Positions 19,578 through 31,185 of a DNA stretch of 64,000 nucleotides are shown here, one piece after another. The position numbers were made by a program, and so were the translations under genes. How positions within the stretch are numbered: the stretch's first letter is position 1; every line of letters starts with the position of its first letter. Below the pieces are notes generated by a model. That model worked only from the letters and a program-made list of their open reading frames with translations, did no database searches and was not told the origin of the DNA. Source of the stretch: an uncultured Rhodothermaceae bacterium (GTDB lineage: Bacteria > Bacteroidota > Rhodothermia > Rhodothermales > Bin80); the NCBI GenBank assembly GCA_964639665.1, contig CAZXEU010000213.1, positions 11,652 through 75,651 on the forward strand, written 5' to 3'.

Positions 19578-20060
19578 TTAAGTGGTTCTTGAGGCAAGAC
19601 GGTACGTGCCGGACCTGCCACCGGTTTTCGAAAGCAGTCGTATGTCGCTGACGCGAATGGCCTTGCTAACCGATTTGCACATGTCATAGATCGTGAGCGC
19701 CGCGACGGATACCGCCACCAGCGCTTCCATTTCCACGCCCGTTGTTCCCACCGCAGTGGCTGTTGCCCGAACGTCGACCGCGAAGCCGCTCTCGTCAAGG
19801 GCAAAATCGACATCAACTGCGGAAATGAATACGTTGTGACAAAGCGGTATCAGGGCACCTGTCTGCTTGGCGGCCGAAATCCCGGCCACCTGCGCCACAG
19901 AGAGCACGTCACCCTTCGATATGGATCCGCCCACGAGCGCCCGATATGCCGGCTCGCCCAGGATGACGCGACCGGCAGCCACGGCTGTGCGCTCCGTCCG
20001 TGCCTTAGCAGACACGTCTACCATTTGCACTCCGCCCGCCGGCTTTACGTGGGTCAGCAT
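19578..20060 (-). CDS. moaC: cyclic pyranopterin monophosphate synthase
   Basis: 'MLTHVKPAGGVQMVDVSAKARTERTA', 'IPLCHN' and 'ALTIYDMCK'. Likely start is ATG 20060 within ORF 19578..20132. Confidence 0.9.
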   Translation of the reverse strand: MLTHVKPAGGVQMVDVSAKARTERTAVAAGRVILGEPAYRALVGGSISKGDVLSVAQVAGISAAKQTGALIPLCHNVFISAVDVDFALDESGFAVDVRATATAVGTTGVEMEALVAVSVAALTIYDMCKSVSKAIRVSDIRLLSKTGGRSGTYRLASRTT

Positions 20061-20147
20061 CACACCAGTCTGTGTGGACGCTGCAACGCATGGAAACGGG
20101 GCGGGTTGCCGCAGCTTACATGCAATGCCCACGCCGCTCCCGCATCC

Positions 20148-21335
20148 TCACCCTTTCCCTGACACGAGGCCGCGCAGCGCCAGCCCGAGCCCTTCCAGCG
20201 CCTCCAGATTGTGTACAGGCAGGAAATCCGTAACGTGCGGTAATGCCGCACGCATCCCGCGAGTAAGCGGCTGGTAGGCCTCGTAGCCGAGAAGCGGATT
20301 GAGCCACATCAGGCGATGGCAGCTGCGCCGCAGCCTTGCCATTTCATCCGCCAGCAGGCGCTGATCTCCGCGATCTATTCCGTCAGAAATCAGGACAACC
20401 ACGCCGCTGCTGCGCAGCACGCGCCTCAGCCAGCGAAAGTTGAATTCCTTGAGGCATTCCCCGATCCGTGTGCCGCCGCCCCAGTCATCGACCGCCTTCG
20501 CGGCGACCTGCAGGGCCTCGTCAACATTTCGCACGCGGAGAAAGCGCGTAACGCGCGTCAACCGGGTACCGAACACGAAGCTCTCCACGCGCTGAAAACC
20601 GCTCGTCACGACATGCATGAAATGCAGTAGCATGCGGCTGTAGCGCTCCATGGATCCGCTTATGTCACACAACACGACGATGGGCCTCATACGCCTGATG
20701 GGGCCGCGCCTGCCGAGCTCAAGGATTTCTGCTCCCCTGCCCAGGTTTCGACGGAGTGTTGACGGCAGGTGGAATCGACGCCCTTCCGGGCCGGTCTTCA
20801 GCCTGCGTACCGGCATCATGTCCGCCCTCCAGCGCAGCCGGCGCAAGAGGGCTACAGCCTCCTCCAGCTCGCGTGGCGTAAAGGCAGCAAAGTCCTTCTT
20901 GCGAAGCGCTTCCACCGCGCTGTACGTCAGCGTGGCATCCGGCCGCAGCTGGCGGGACCGTTTTCTGTGTTCCGCATCGGTGCTGCTGCCCAGCGTATCG
21001 AGGACTCTTGACAGCTGCTTGGGGGTCGGAGCGGGCTGCGCCGGCCGCAGGCCGGGCAGCGCGATGCCGCCGGACTGTGCGCGCCAGAATGCATCGAAGG
21101 CCAAGTCGAAAATATCCCGGTCCTCGCTCCGGCTCACAAACGTGCAGGAGAATGCCTGCCGCACATCCTCCTTTCTCCGCAGCCCCAGGATGTCAATGGC
21201 GGTGGCTGCATCAGCAATCTGCTGCGATCCGACCAGCAGGCCAAGTCTGCGAAGTGCAGAGGCAAATGACACAATGTGAGCGGCGAGGTGCCCACCCACT
21301 TCCTGCACTGGCCCAAATGGATCGTGGATCGTCAC
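20148..21335 (-). CDS. VWA-domain protein, CoxE-like
   Basis: C-terminal VWA with MIDAS-like 'VVLCDISGSM' and 'VVLISDGIDRG'. The N-terminal region is typical of CoxE. Confidence 0.8.
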   Translation of the reverse strand: MTIHDPFGPVQEVGGHLAAHIVSFASALRRLGLLVGSQQIADAATAIDILGLRRKEDVRQAFSCTFVSRSEDRDIFDLAFDAFWRAQSGGIALPGLRPAQPAPTPKQLSRVLDTLGSSTDAEHRKRSRQLRPDATLTYSAVEALRKKDFAAFTPRELEEAVALLRRLRWRADMMPVRRLKTGPEGRRFHLPSTLRRNLGRGAEILELGRRGPIRRMRPIVVLCDISGSMERYSRMLLHFMHVVTSGFQRVESFVFGTRLTRVTRFLRVRNVDEALQVAAKAVDDWGGGTRIGECLKEFNFRWLRRVLRSSGVVVLISDGIDRGDQRLLADEMARLRRSCHRLMWLNPLLGYEAYQPLTRGMRAALPHVTDFLPVHNLEALEGLGLALRGLVSGKG

Positions 21336-21556
21336 GGAGACACCGGGCGCGAGACTGCCGGCTCATTTCCACTCAGGCACCTAGCGCGCCGTACAGCTGA
21401 TTGCTGCAGACATGTGAAACCTCTTTTTCTCATACGTACCTTATGCTCCAACGGTGCCAATGATGGCTCCTGCGCAGTAAATTGCGTGCCTGTTTGAGGC
21501 CGTTCCGTGCGCTCGTTCACGTTCACTGCACCGCTCACATATCGTATCGTCAAGAC

Positions 21557-23299
21557 ATGACCGACAGCAAGACCTATCCCAGCATTCCCGATCTGATTGA
21601 TGCCGGACTGTCCAAGTCCAGCGATTTTATCGTCAGCGTAAAGCGAGGCGGTGAATGGCTGGAAACGGAAGCCGATACCTTCCGCGAGCAGATCCGGGAG
21701 TTTGCAGCAGGACTCCATGAATTGGGTATCCGGCACGGGGACCGCATCGCGCTTCACGCGGAAAACAGCACGGAGTGGCTGATTGTGGATCAGGCGGTAC
21801 TCCGCCTCGGAGCCGTGTCCGTTCCCATTTACACGACGCAACCTCCTGACCAGGTGGCCTATATCCTGGATAACGCCGGGGCCCGCATTTACGTGGTTTC
21901 CACGGAGGAACTCTATGCAGGTGTCCAGGCCCACGTAGAAAGCGCGGAGGAACTGGTGGCTACGATCGGCATACGCGGGGCCTTTTCTTCCGGGATGAAG
22001 ACCTATGAAGAGACGCTGGCTCTCGGCAGGACGCGGCTTTCATCCGACCCCGACTTGGTGGAAACTGCCACGAGAGCCGTCAGGCCGGAAAACCTGGCGA
22101 CGCTTTCCTATACGTCCGGCACGACCGGTGTGCCCAAGGGCGTCATGCTTTCCCATGCCAATATCGCCTCCAACATCCTTGCCACCGCTGACCGCCTGCC
22201 CTTCGATCCACCCGGACGAATGCTGTCCTACTTGCCGCTGTCCCATTCCCTGGAGAGGATGGCCACATTCATGTACATGTACCTTGGCTGCTCGGTCTAT
22301 TTCGTGGAAGACCACCTCGAAATCGCCGAGGACGTTAAGACCGTGCGACCGCTACACATGACCTCTGTGCCCCGGCTGCTGGAGAAGATCCATGCGGCCA
22401 TCATGAATCGCGCCGAATCCACGGAAGGCGTGGCGGGCGCACTTATGCGCTGGGCCATGGCGCTCGCCAATCAGTACGACGTGATGAAAAGACACCCGGG
22501 CCTGCAACACAGACTGGCCGACCGTCTCGTTTATGCCAAGCTCCGGACAAAGGTCTTCGGCGGCAATCTGGAGGCCATCACTACCGGTGGCGCAGCCCTG
22601 TCCCCCAACACGATGAGCTTCTTCAACGCCATAGGCATATACTGCGGCCAGGGCTACGGGCTTACGGAAACGTCACCGGTAATTTCATTGAGCAAGCGTG
22701 GCGATCTGCGCCCGGGATCCGTCGGGTCTGTAGTGGAAGACGTGGAAGTCCGCATCGCTGAGGACGGCGAAATACTCGCGCGCGGACCAAACATCATGCA
22801 GGGCTACTATCAGATGCCGGAGCAGACTGCGGAGGCAATTGGCGATGACGGGTGGTTCCACACGGGCGACATCGGCCACATCAAGGATGGGCACGTGTAC
22901 ATAACCGACCGGAAGAAGCAGCTCTTCAAGCTCTCCACCGGCAAGTACATTGCTCCCACTCCCATCGAGATTGCGCTTTGCGACAGCCCTGTCATTGAGC
23001 AGGCCGTGGTAATCGGCAGCGATCGCAAGTTCTGTGGTGCGCTGATTGTCCCCGATGCCAGTGCCCTGGAGCAGCAACTGGGCGACGCCGCCTCTGACCA
23101 GGAGGCCGTAAGCGGTCTGGTGGACGGCATCGTAAAGGAGGTAAATGCACAGCTCCCACCCTGGGAGCAGGTAAAGAAGTTTCGGGTTTTGGGTACGCCC
23201 TTTTCCATCGAAACGGGCGAGCTTACGCCCACTATGAAGGTCAAGCGGCGCGTAGTTCGCGAGAAATACGCGCGCGAGATCGACTCGCTGTACGAATAG
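21557..23299 (+). CDS. long-chain acyl-CoA synthetase (AMP-forming)
   Basis: AMP-binding motif 'LSYTSGTTGVPKGVMLSH', plus 'GYGLTETS' and 'FHTGDIG'. Likely start is ATG 21557 (MTDSKTYP). Confidence 0.9.
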   Translation: MTDSKTYPSIPDLIDAGLSKSSDFIVSVKRGGEWLETEADTFREQIREFAAGLHELGIRHGDRIALHAENSTEWLIVDQAVLRLGAVSVPIYTTQPPDQVAYILDNAGARIYVVSTEELYAGVQAHVESAEELVATIGIRGAFSSGMKTYEETLALGRTRLSSDPDLVETATRAVRPENLATLSYTSGTTGVPKGVMLSHANIASNILATADRLPFDPPGRMLSYLPLSHSLERMATFMYMYLGCSVYFVEDHLEIAEDVKTVRPLHMTSVPRLLEKIHAAIMNRAESTEGVAGALMRWAMALANQYDVMKRHPGLQHRLADRLVYAKLRTKVFGGNLEAITTGGAALSPNTMSFFNAIGIYCGQGYGLTETSPVISLSKRGDLRPGSVGSVVEDVEVRIAEDGEILARGPNIMQGYYQMPEQTAEAIGDDGWFHTGDIGHIKDGHVYITDRKKQLFKLSTGKYIAPTPIEIALCDSPVIEQAVVIGSDRKFCGALIVPDASALEQQLGDAASDQEAVSGLVDGIVKEVNAQLPPWEQVKKFRVLGTPFSIETGELTPTMKVKRRVVREKYAREIDSLYE

Positions 23300-23493
23300 C
23301 ATCGCACGCCGCGTGCGGACCGGAGAAATGCGACTGGATCCTGGCGCTAGGCATCGATCACAATCCGCGTCCCGGCTAAGATTTGCGGCTCGGGCCGGTG
23401 ATTTTCGCGACTATCCAACACGCGGCACCGCAGCTTGGCCCGCTAGTTCGAGCTAGTGGTGCCTACCTGTTTTCAACCACTCCCCACATTGGC

Positions 23494-23507
23494 TTGCCTG
23501 CAGGCAA
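23494..23507. promoter_or_regulatory. perfect 14-bp palindrome upstream of pckA
   Basis: TTGCCTGCAGGCAA is its own reverse complement. It ends 37 nt before the pckA ATG. Confidence 0.3.
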
Positions 23508-23543
23508 CCCGCGACAGTTTTTCCAAGCATATCCATCGGAACA

Positions 23544-25127
<1,584 letters not shown>

Positions 25128-25136
25128 GCCGGGCCG

Positions 25137-26063
25137 TCAGCGCGTGTCCACAGCGGCAAGAAAACTGCGGGTTCCCTCGCCTCTTACCTTGCCGATGTCG
25201 TCGTGGTATTTGAGCAGGATGCCCAGCGTGTCGTCGATCGTCTCGCCGTCCAGCCTCGTGCAGGATAGTTCTACAAGCGCCTGGCACCAGTCCAGGGTCT
25301 CGGCTACACCAGGAAGTTTGTACAGATCCGCCCCGCGCAGCTCCTGGACAAACGCGACCACCTGTGATGCAAGTGCCTTGTCTACGCCGGGGACCCGGCT
25401 TCTGAGTATTTGCAGCTCCTTGGCTTGGTCCGGGAAGTCGATCCAGTAGTACAGGCACCGGCGCTTCAGGGCGTCGTGGATTTCCCGCGTGCGGTTGGAG
25501 GTTATGACGATGGCCGGCGGAACCCGGGCCTTGATAGTCCCGATTTCGGGTATCGTGACCTGGAATTCCGAGAGCAATTCCAGCAAGTAGGCCTCAAATT
25601 CCTCGTCCGCGCGATCCAGTTCGTCTATAAGCAAAAGAGGCGGCACGGTGCCATCAAAGTCAATAGCGTTAAGCAGCGGCCTTCGGATCATGAATTCGCG
25701 GCTGAATATCTCCCGCGTCGCCTCGCGCTTGTCTACTGCTCCGGATGCCTCGAGCAAACGGATTTCCAGCATTTGCCGGGCATAGTTCCAGTCATATACC
25801 GCAGAGCTGATATCCAGCCCCTCATAGCACTGCAAGCGAATCAGCGGTGCCTGTAGTACCCTGGACAGGGCTTCTGCTACGGCGGTCTTTCCTACCCCGG
25901 CTTCTCCTTCCAGAAATACCGGGCGTCCCATCCTTAGAGCAAGGTGGAGCGTCGTCGCCAGTCCCCGCTCGGCGATGTATGACTCGGCCAGCAACGCCTG
26001 CTGCACTTCCGCGATGGAAGAGAACCTTCGCATCTCATCGCTGCTACTCACAACCGGAGGCAC
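25137..26063 (-). CDS. MoxR-type AAA+ ATPase, CoxD-like
   Basis: Walker A 'LEGEAGVGKTAVAEAL' and Walker B 'LLIDELDRADEE'. It lies directly downstream of the FAD subunit gene. Confidence 0.85.
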   Translation of the reverse strand: MPPVVSSSDEMRRFSSIAEVQQALLAESYIAERGLATTLHLALRMGRPVFLEGEAGVGKTAVAEALSRVLQAPLIRLQCYEGLDISSAVYDWNYARQMLEIRLLEASGAVDKREATREIFSREFMIRRPLLNAIDFDGTVPPLLLIDELDRADEEFEAYLLELLSEFQVTIPEIGTIKARVPPAIVITSNRTREIHDALKRRCLYYWIDFPDQAKELQILRSRVPGVDKALASQVVAFVQELRGADLYKLPGVAETLDWCQALVELSCTRLDGETIDDTLGILLKYHDDIGKVRGEGTRSFLAAVDTR

Positions 26064-26123
26064 CCCCGCAATAACATTTGCGAGGCCGTGCGGCGCACAG
26101 GCCGAGGTCTTGCACTCCCTGCG

Positions 26124-26990
26124 CTAGGTCGAAGCTTGAGCCGCCGCCGCCGCTATCGCGCGCCGGGCCATTACCGAGCAAAGGTGTGCGCGGTATTCAC
26201 TGCTGCCTCCCAGGTCGGTCAACATGCTGTCCGCGCTGGAGAATCCATCCGATGCAGCGGCAATGGAAGCCGCCTCCAGGCGCGTTCCGCGGAGCCTTGC
26301 CTCCACATCTTGTGCCCGATGCGGTTGTGCGGTGGCACCGGTAACGCCAATGCGAGCATCGGAGCAGACGCCCTGGCCGTCCAGCGCCACCCAGGCAGCG
26401 ATTCCGACCACGGCATACTTGGACGCCGGGTTTGCAAACTTAGAGTACGAGGCACCTTCACCCGGGCCCATTACAGGGAAGGCAACCTCGGTAATCAATT
26501 CTCCGGGAGCAAGCGCCGTTTCGAACAGACCCCTGAAGAAGTCCGTTGCTCCAATGCTGCGCGTTCCCGAAGGGCCGCGGGCCGTAATCGTGGCATCGAG
26601 CGCCAGGACGATGGCCGGGTAATCGGCCGCCGGATCGGCGTGGGCCAAACTGCCGCCAATAGTGCCGAGATTGCGAACCTGCGGATCCCCGATTCCCGCA
26701 GCCACGGCGGCAAGGACGCGGCAATGGGTCCTGACGTCTCCCGAAGTCTCAACGCTCCGGTGCGTTGTAAGCGCTCCCACAACCAGGGAGGAACCCGACA
26801 CGCGTATGCCCCGCAATTCGTCCAGGCGCGAGATATCCACGAGCAAAGACGGATCATTGAGCCGCAGTTTCATGGCGGGAATAAGACTGTGGCCACCTGC
26901 GAGGACCACGGCATCGGCGCTGCCAGCCAACCGGGCCAAAGCATCATCTAAGGAACTGGCGCGAACGTATTGGAAGGCGCTGGGAATCAT
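26124..26990 (-). CDS. molybdo-hydroxylase FAD-binding (medium) subunit, CoxM/CutM-like
   Basis: 'VVLAGGHSLIPAMKLRL' FAD_binding_5 motif and the C-terminal 'SSEYRAHL' CO_deh_flav_C-like motif. Confidence 0.85.
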   Translation of the reverse strand: MIPSAFQYVRASSLDDALARLAGSADAVVLAGGHSLIPAMKLRLNDPSLLVDISRLDELRGIRVSGSSLVVGALTTHRSVETSGDVRTHCRVLAAVAAGIGDPQVRNLGTIGGSLAHADPAADYPAIVLALDATITARGPSGTRSIGATDFFRGLFETALAPGELITEVAFPVMGPGEGASYSKFANPASKYAVVGIAAWVALDGQGVCSDARIGVTGATAQPHRAQDVEARLRGTRLEAASIAAASDGFSSADSMLTDLGGSSEYRAHLCSVMARRAIAAAAAQAST

Positions 26991-27031
26991 TTGACGTCGG
27001 TGTTCAGTGGTTAAACGGGCTAACAGGTCTA

Positions 27032-29374
27032 TCAGCTGCCTGCACTCTGAATGGCGCGCCAGACGCGCTCGGGAGTCAGCGGCATGGCGATATCACGCAC
27101 TCCAATAGCATCGCAGACCGCATTGACGATACAGGGCGTGGCGGCAATGGTCCCCGTTTCGCCAGCACCCTTGGCCCCGAGAGGATTGTGAGGACAAGGC
27201 GTCACCGTGCGGTCTACTTCAAACATCGGCAAGTCTGCCGCGCGCGGCAAGGTATAGTCCATGAAACTGCCGCTAACGAGCTGACCGTCCTCATCGTAAA
27301 CCGCATCTTCCATCAACGCCTGGCCAATGCCATGGGCAATGCCCCCGTGAACCTGGCCGTCGACGATCATGGGGTTTATCACTTCTCCTACATCATCGAC
27401 AGCCACATAGCGGAGAATCTCCACTTCGCCCGTGTCCGGATCCACTTCCACAACGGAAATATGGGCGCCAAACGGGAAGGTGAAATTCTTGGGATCGTAA
27501 AAGGCGTTGAACTCGAGACCGGGCTCCAGCTCCTCGATCGGATAGTCGTGCGGCACATAGGCCGTCAGGGCAATGTCTGCAAATCCGACGGACCGGTCCG
27601 TTCCCGCCACGGTGAACTGCCCGCCACTGTATTCCAGGTCCTCTTCGGCTGCCTCAAGCTTGTGGGCTGCGATCTTTCGGGCCTTGTCCAGCACCTTCTC
27701 AAGGGCTCTGTAGACGGCACTGCCACCTACGGCCAGGCTGCGCGAGCCGTATGTCCCCATTCCGAACGGAATCTGCGACGTGTCGCCGTGGACAAGCTCC
27801 ACGTCCTCCATCGGGATCTGGAGATGGTGCGCCACCAGTTGTGCAAAGGTGGTCTCATGACCCTGACCATGGGAGTGCACGCCCGTATAGACTTGTACCT
27901 TGCCGGTCGGGTGCACGCGAATCATCCCGCTGTCATAGAGTCCGGCCCGCGCGCCAATGGCTCCCGCCACAGCCGACGGAGCGATACCACAGGCCTCGAT
28001 GTACGTGGAAAAACCGATACCCACAAGGCGCCCTTCTGCACGGGCATTCTTCTGCATCTCGCGAACGTCCTCGTATCCCACCATCTGCAATGCCTTGTCA
28101 AGTGCCGCTTCATAGTCGCCGCTGTCATATTGAAGCACGACGGGCGTGGTGTACGGGAACTGGTCAGGCTGCACAAAATTGGCCCTGCGCAGGTCCGCCG
28201 GATCCCGGCCCAGCTCACCGGCCGCTATGTCGAGCATGCGCTCGAGAAGATAGGTTGCCTCCGGCCTGCCAGCGCCCCGAAGCGCGTCTACCGGAACCGT
28301 GTTGGTAAGTACGCCCTTTGTGTGTACGTAGATGGCCGGGGTAGTATACTGCCCCGCGAGTAGCGTCCCGTACAACCACGTAGGAATACCTCCTGCGAAA
28401 GTGGACAGATAGGCCCCCATGTTGGCCGTCGTATCCACGATAAGCCCGGTAATCTTGCCATCGGCGTCGAAGCCCATACGGGCCTTCGTAACGTGGTCCC
28501 GTCCCTGCGCATCCGTCACAAAGCTCTCGCTCCGCTCGGCGGTCCACTTCACCGGCCGGCTCGTCTTGCGCGCCGCCCAGGCGCAGAGCACTTCCTCCGG
28601 ATAGTGGAATATCTTGCTGCCAAAGCCTCCTCCGACATCCGGGGAAATCACACGCACCTTATGTTCAGGGAGCCCTGTGACAAACGCGCACAGCAACAGT
28701 CGTATAAGGTGTGGATTCTGGGAACTGGTATACAGTGTCAGCTCGTCTGTGGCCGCATTGTGATGACCAATAGCCGAACGGGGCTCAATAGCATTGGGGA
28801 TGAGCCTCTGGTTTACAAGCTCGTACGACGTAACGTGATGAGCGGCATCCAGCGCCGCCGTCGCCGCCCCCTTGTCGCCCAGCTCCCACGCAAAGGACAG
28901 ATTCCCGGGAGCGTCCTCGTGCACCAGCGTGGCGCCGTCTGCCAAGGCCTCCTCCATGCCAACGACGGCAGGCAGCGGTTCGTAGTCCACCTCGAGATGC
29001 TCCGCCGCATCCTGCGCCGCCTGCCGCGTCTCGGCTATGATGACGGCAACTCCGTCACCGACATGCCGCACCTTGTCGACGGCCAGGGTGTGGTGAGGCG
29101 GCTCCTTCATGTCCGGGCCAATCTGCCAACCGGTAGGGATCGGATTGATGCCGTCGTCCACAATGTCCTGCCCGACAAACACGGCCACCACGCCGGGCTG
29201 GCTGCGCGCGGTCTCCACGTTGATGGTCTTGATGCGCGCATGCGCATACGGGCTTCTCACTATCCAGGCATGAGTCATGCCCGGAAGCACGATGTCATCC
29301 GTGTAGGTACCACGCCCGGTTATGAACCTGTAGTCTTCAACGCGCTTTACGGACTTCCCGATATAGTCTGACAT
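27032..29374 (-). CDS. molybdopterin-binding large subunit of a xanthine dehydrogenase/CODH-family hydroxylase (form-II-like)
   Basis: 780 aa of family-wide similarity. The active-site loop reads 'PVDALRGAGRPEA' (28265..28285 encodes ALRGAGR), not the form I AYxCSFR. Confidence 0.9.
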   Translation of the reverse strand: MSDYIGKSVKRVEDYRFITGRGTYTDDIVLPGMTHAWIVRSPYAHARIKTINVETARSQPGVVAVFVGQDIVDDGINPIPTGWQIGPDMKEPPHHTLAVDKVRHVGDGVAVIIAETRQAAQDAAEHLEVDYEPLPAVVGMEEALADGATLVHEDAPGNLSFAWELGDKGAATAALDAAHHVTSYELVNQRLIPNAIEPRSAIGHHNAATDELTLYTSSQNPHLIRLLLCAFVTGLPEHKVRVISPDVGGGFGSKIFHYPEEVLCAWAARKTSRPVKWTAERSESFVTDAQGRDHVTKARMGFDADGKITGLIVDTTANMGAYLSTFAGGIPTWLYGTLLAGQYTTPAIYVHTKGVLTNTVPVDALRGAGRPEATYLLERMLDIAAGELGRDPADLRRANFVQPDQFPYTTPVVLQYDSGDYEAALDKALQMVGYEDVREMQKNARAEGRLVGIGFSTYIEACGIAPSAVAGAIGARAGLYDSGMIRVHPTGKVQVYTGVHSHGQGHETTFAQLVAHHLQIPMEDVELVHGDTSQIPFGMGTYGSRSLAVGGSAVYRALEKVLDKARKIAAHKLEAAEEDLEYSGGQFTVAGTDRSVGFADIALTAYVPHDYPIEELEPGLEFNAFYDPKNFTFPFGAHISVVEVDPDTGEVEILRYVAVDDVGEVINPMIVDGQVHGGIAHGIGQALMEDAVYDEDGQLVSGSFMDYTLPRAADLPMFEVDRTVTPCPHNPLGAKGAGETGTIAATPCIVNAVCDAIGVRDIAMPLTPERVWRAIQSAGS

Positions 29375-29428
29375 TTTTCCGTACGTGAGGATGGATGTGG
29401 ATCCCGGCGCAATTCCCGAAGAGCGGAG

Positions 29429-29890
29429 TTAGGTCGCGGCCGCGGCACGCTGGATCGCACGAACAATGTTGTGATAGCCTGTGCACCGGCAGTAATTGCC
29501 TTCCAGGGCATGCCGGATTTCTCCTTCGCTTGGCGACGGCTCGCGCTCCAGAAGATCCGCTGCGGCCATGATCATTCCAGGCGTGCAGAATCCGCACTGC
29601 AGGGCGTGCTCCTCCCGAAAAGCTGCCTGAAGCGGATGCAGTTCACCATTCTCCATCCCCTCGATCGTGGTTATTTCGCAGCCGTCAGCCTGCACAGCGA
29701 ATACCGTGCATGACTTGACGCACGCACCGTCCATGTGGACGTTGCACGCGCCACACTGGCTGGTGTCGCACCCAACGTGTGTACCTGTCAGTCCCAGAGT
29801 TTCACGCAGAAAATCCACCAGCAAGGTACGGGGCTCTACCTCGGCCTCGTGGGCTGTACCGTTGACGGTCACCTGAATCCTTTGGGTCAT
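29429..29890 (-). CDS. (2Fe-2S)-binding small subunit, CoxS/CutS-like
   Basis: Two cluster motifs: '[11 protein letters not shown]' and 'CGFCTPGM...CRCTGYHNI'. Confidence 0.9.
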   Translation of the reverse strand: MTQRIQVTVNGTAHEAEVEPRTLLVDFLRETLGLTGTHVGCDTSQCGACNVHMDGACVKSCTVFAVQADGCEITTIEGMENGELHPLQAAFREEHALQCGFCTPGMIMAAADLLEREPSPSEGEIRHALEGNYCRCTGYHNIVRAIQRAAAAT

Positions 29891-30069
29891 ACTTCGCCTC
29901 CAGAGAGTTTAACGTGGCGACTTGGGGGGAACGGGCCTCCTGTTTCCTGACTGTAAATAGGGCATACTCGGGATATTTTCAATATGCTTCACCGTATCCA
30001 GACCTCGCTGGACCGATTTGCTGCCCGTGGCAAGAACCGGTGCTGCGTCATACCGATACTGCTTGCGCC

Positions 30070-31185
30070 ATGACCGACATGCAAAGGATGCTTCAGGCAT
30101 CCGCACGGTTCAGGAAAAGCGGTGACGCGTATTCGGTTGCCACGGTGGTTCGCGTGGGTGGCTCGACATACCGCAGGCCCGGCGCACGCATGCTTGTAGG
30201 TCCGGCCACAAGCCACATGGGCATGATCAGTGGCGGCTGTCTGGAGGCAGAAGTGGCTATTCGGGCCGGCAAGATCCTCGAGCGCGGCCACGTGGAAGTT
30301 GCCTCCTTCGACATGATGGACGACGATGAGATATCGGGATTCGGTACGGGATGCAACGGAACCGTTGACGTACTCATAGAGCCCTTTCCTGGCCGGCAAC
30401 GGATCGACCCCCTGGAAATAGCCGGACGGTGCCACGAAAACCGCCGGCGGTGTGTGGTGGTGCACATAATTGGCGGAGACCATGCACTGCTTGGTCACAG
30501 GCTGGTGTGCTGGGAAGACGGCCAGGTCGAAGGCGACGCTGACGCTGTGCCTGTCACAAGTGACGAGGCCTTGCGCGTGCTGGAGTACGGCAGACATGTT
30601 ATTCAGCAGTCGGGATCCCTTGAGCTGCTGTTTGAGGTAATCCTGCCGACTGTCCGCGTACTGCTCTTGGGCACCGGCCACGACGTAGCTCCTGTGGCCC
30701 GTGCGGCCGAAGCCCTGGGCTGGGATGTGATAGTAATTGGCCCCAAGCCCGTTGCCGACCCCGCCCAAGCCTTTCCAGGCGCCAGCGCATACGCCTTTGT
30801 AATGCACCCCGATCAGCTGTTGCAGCATGTAAGTCCGGACGCGCGCTGCGCAGCCGTCGTAATGAATCACAATTATAAGCGCGACAAGGCGTTGACGCAG
30901 GCGCTGCTGACGAGCGATGTGCCCTATATCGGGCTCCTTGGTCCCCGCGACAGGGCTGCCAGGCTGGTGGATGAGCTTAGATCCTGCGAGGGCGCCCTGC
31001 CTGCCGTGCAGGAACGACGTCTGTTTGGACCGGTTGGGCTTGACATCGGTGCCGAGACACCGGAGGAAATCGCGCATGCCATCGTAGCAGAAATCCAGGC
31101 TGTCATACACGATCGCACCGGCGGCATGCTTCGCGACAGGACCCGCAGCATCCACGAGCCGATGTGCGAGGTCGTCGTGCCCTAG
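30070..31185 (+). CDS. XdhC/CoxI-family molybdo-enzyme maturation factor
   Basis: '[21 protein letters not shown]' XdhC_CoxI N-domain and a Rossmann-like '[15 protein letters not shown]'. Likely start is ATG 30070 within ORF 29914..31185. Confidence 0.8.
   Translation: MTDMQRMLQASARFRKSGDAYSVATVVRVGGSTYRRPGARMLVGPATSHMGMISGGCLEAEVAIRAGKILERGHVEVASFDMMDDDEISGFGTGCNGTVDVLIEPFPGRQRIDPLEIAGRCHENRRRCVVVHIIGGDHALLGHRLVCWEDGQVEGDADAVPVTSDEALRVLEYGRHVIQQSGSLELLFEVILPTVRVLLLGTGHDVAPVARAAEALGWDVIVIGPKPVADPAQAFPGASAYAFVMHPDQLLQHVSPDARCAAVVMNHNYKRDKALTQALLTSDVPYIGLLGPRDRAARLVDELRSCEGALPAVQERRLFGPVGLDIGAETPEEIAHAIVAEIQAVIHDRTGGMLRDRTRSIHEPMCEVVVP

Noticed and set aside
20061-20147. Moco riboswitch upstream of moaC.
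   Set aside because: The leader is only 87 nt, shorter than the known Moco RNA motif, and I saw none of its conserved elements.
25137-29890. Calling the cluster an aerobic carbon monoxide dehydrogenase (coxSLM).
   Set aside because: The large subunit lacks the form I AYxCSFR active-site loop (it has ALRGAGR). Only a generic molybdo-hydroxylase call is justified.
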